DNA of 64,000 bases from Prorocentrum cordatum (lineage: Eukaryota). The stretch lies in assembly GCA_963575745.1 (NCBI GenBank), contig CAUYUJ010000170.1, positions 1-64,000 on the forward strand, written 5' to 3'. The translations under genes and the position numbers were made by a program. This document shows, in pieces, positions 62,051-64,000 of the stretch (the first letter of the stretch is position 1; each line of letters starts with the position of its first letter). The notes under the pieces are model-generated. The model was not told where the DNA came from and did not search any database. It saw nothing but the letters and a program-made list of their open reading frames with translations.

Positions 62051-62277
62051 CTCTTCATGCAGGTCACCGGCTCGCCCTGGAAGTCGGCCAGCGCCGTCTC
62101 GCCGCCGGCCGCCGCCAACAGCACCGCGGCCGCGCCCATGGCCGCCTCGCGGCGCCCCGGCGGCGGGGCCGCCGCGAGGAAGGCGCCCGGCGCGGGGCCC
62201 GCGAGGGCCGCGAGGCACGCGGCCGCGAGGGCGTAGGCGCCCGCGCAGGCGGCGCACAGCGGCAGGAGCCTGGCCAT
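62051..62277 (-). CDS. psb31: Psb31-like protein, exon 1 (plastid and thylakoid targeting presequence)
   Basis: MARLLPLCAACAGAYALAA signal peptide, AF motif, twin-Arg GRREAA, hydrophobic stretch, ALA|D cleavage. Donor AG|GTAC. The exons total 531 nt, in frame (176 aa). Confidence 0.8.
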
Positions 62278-62340
62278 GGCGAGGGTCGGTCGGGGAGGCC
62301 TCAGAGGGTCGGCAGGACGTGCGACGGAGGCAGGCGGGTG

Positions 62341-62370
62341 CCAGGGCCAAAACGCTTCGAGCAAACATGA
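62341..62370 (-). other. Two degenerate relict SLs upstream of psb31
   Basis: TCATGTTTGCTCGAAG and GCGTTTTGGCCCTGG compared with CCATTTTGGCTCAAG. Confidence 0.5.
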
Positions 62371-62716
62371 TGACATGACATTCTTCGTGGTGCTATGTGC
62401 GTGCTACAATCTGTGTGGTGCAATCGACGTGGTGCAGCATGTGGTGTGCGAACTGCAGTGTGCCATAGGTATGGCGCCATGAATTTTGTTGCCAACTGCG
62501 TGGTGCAGCGTATGCGGTGCAGTCTACGGGGCGCAACCAATCTCTGTTCGCAGTGAGTTGTCCACTCCACTGCTCGCGCAAACATCCCACCCACCCACCC
62601 GCAACTTGGTCTGCAAAACCTCTTAAGACCGTGACGGTGGGTACCACATGGCACTTGGCAACGACACCGACGCCGACGACGACGACGACAACGACGACAA
62701 CGACGCCGCCGACGAC

Positions 62717-62737
62717 CCGTAGCCATTTTGGCTCAAG
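62717..62737 (+). other. Intact DinoSL (CCGTAGCCATTTTGGCTCAAG)
   Basis: Exact 21-nt match. Confidence 0.97.
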
Positions 62738-62868
62738 GCCATGGCGATCCCGACGACCGCGAGTCCTTCGGGCGCCGTCGAGCGCGAGGGACGCCGCGCT
62801 TTGGGCCTGCTTCTTGCTTCGTTTTTTCGAGGCGGCGTGGGCAGGCGGAGCGCGCGGGGCCAGCAGCC

Positions 62869-64000
62869 ATGTCGGGCGACGGAACTGGAGCGCCGCCACC
62901 CTGGAGGCGCAGGGTGTACTGGGTCTGCCAGTGCAAGGAGTGGAACTGGTGCGACAAGAGGGCGACCTGCAAGTCCTGCGGGAAGGAGGCGCCAGCGTGG
63001 GCGAAGCGCCTGCGCGCGATGCACCAGCCCCAGGCCGACGGGGAGGGATTCGTCCAGCAGCCCAGGGGGCGCTCGCACCAGCGTGCAGCGCGCCGAGCTG
63101 GTGAGGCCTCCAGGGCAGCCTCGGCCGCCAGCACCGTGCCGAGCAGCGCGCCCAACAGCAGGGTGCGGCCGCGGGGCGGAGCCAAGCCGCCGCCGTGGCG
63201 TGAGGAGCGCGAGGAGCAACCAGAGGAGCCCGCTGCGAGTCTGGAGCGCAGGCTCGAGGGAGCCCAGGCTCGCGTCTCCAGCCTCCGCGAGGCGGTCGCC
63301 ACAGATGGGACCAGCGAGGCCTTCCAGCGAGAGGCCAGGGCGGCCCTCCTCGCAGCGGAGGACTCAGCCGAGAGGGCCGAGGCCGAGCTCCGCGAGGCCC
63401 AGCGGCTCGGGAGGCCCCCCCACGCCGTCCTCCACGGAGGCGCCAACGCCATGCAGAAGGTCGAGAAGCAGATCACTGCAACCAGAGCCAAGCGCGAGCA
63501 GGCCGTGCAGCGGGCTGAGGCCCTCAGGGAGGAGATTGCGGCGATGCAAGAAGAGCTGGCCGAGGCCGAGTCCGCGGTCGAGGACTTCGACAGCCAGCTC
63601 GGCAAGCTCGAGGAGTCGAAGGCTCAGACAGTCCAGCAGGCACTCCAGCGGGCCATTGAGGCGTGCGGAGGCCAGCGGCCCCTGGAGACCGCGGTCGGGG
63701 GCCTCGTCACCCAGGTCAACCAGTTGGGCGAGATGCTCGGCCCTAACTCGGATGGCGTCGCGCCCAGGCTCCTGGAGATCATGGACATCATCACCACGCA
63801 GAGCGCCGCCATCTCGGACATGCTCCACCCCGCTGCGCCTGCTGCCGCTGCCTCGCGCTGGGCCGACGGCCTTGGCGGGGGCGGGCTCGCCGTCGACGAC
63901 GAGGAAGGCTTCCCCGCCCCTGCCGCTGGGGCCTCTGCCCCCGCGGAGCCGCGGCCGCCAGCGGAGGCCGCAGTTCAGCAGGTGCGACCAGGCCCGCCCA
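62869..64000 (+). CDS. RanBP2-type zinc finger + coiled-coil protein, probable LINE ORF1 (3'-incomplete)
   Basis: MSGDG..YWVCQCKEWNWCDKRATCKSCGK, then long E/A/R/Q heptad-rich helices. Open with no stop to the window end (absent from the ORF track), intronless, directly behind an SL. Confidence 0.7.
   Translation, partial: MSGDGTGAPPPWRRRVYWVCQCKEWNWCDKRATCKSCGKEAPAWAKRLRAMHQPQADGEGFVQQPRGRSHQRAARRAGEASRAASAASTVPSSAPNSRVRPRGGAKPPPWREEREEQPEEPAASLERRLEGAQARVSSLREAVATDGTSEAFQREARAALLAAEDSAERAEAELREAQRLGRPPHAVLHGGANAMQKVEKQITATRAKREQAVQRAEALREEIAAMQEELAEAESAVEDFDSQLGKLEESKAQTVQQALQRAIEACGGQRPLETAVGGLVTQVNQLGEMLGPNSDGVAPRLLEIMDIITTQSAAISDMLHPAAPAAAASRWADGLGGGGLAVDDEEGFPAPAAGASAPAEPRPPAEAAVQQVRPGPP

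Noticed and set aside
62717..62800. SL RNA gene
   Set aside because: The SL is followed by GCCATGG and a long ORF, not a GT-starting SL intron with a T-rich terminator.

Overview
Repeat-dense, GC-rich eukaryotic DNA, almost certainly from a dinoflagellate nuclear genome. It holds two intact DinoSL spliced leaders, GC/GA splice donors, and long (CCT)n, (GAT)n and (GTA)n tracts. Nearly all long ORFs in the track are artefacts of low-complexity or satellite DNA. Supported genes: (1) five tiny phase-compatible minus-strand exons spread over ~50 kb, encoding a SAP-like helix pair plus a D-L/I-D-G acidic motif, resembling U2SURP/SR140/RRC1; (2) an intronless SL-headed WSC+SGNH hydrolase retrogene nested in one of its introns; (3) a psb31-like PSII lumenal gene with relict SLs, whose only intron is a hairpin MITE that splicing removes exactly (Introner-type); (4) an SL-headed ORF with a RanBP2-type zinc finger and coiled coil, probably LINE ORF1, running off the window. 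Mobile DNA: two ~5.26 kb TA-flanked TIR elements, each with five 93-bp repeats and ~25 palindromic ~145-bp units joined by (CG)n linkers. Both lie inside a ~20 kb CACTA-like TIR pair. There are also several MITEs with 5-bp TSDs, a decayed LINE RT fragment and a Copia gag-like fragment. All protein assignments come from motif recognition, not database searches.
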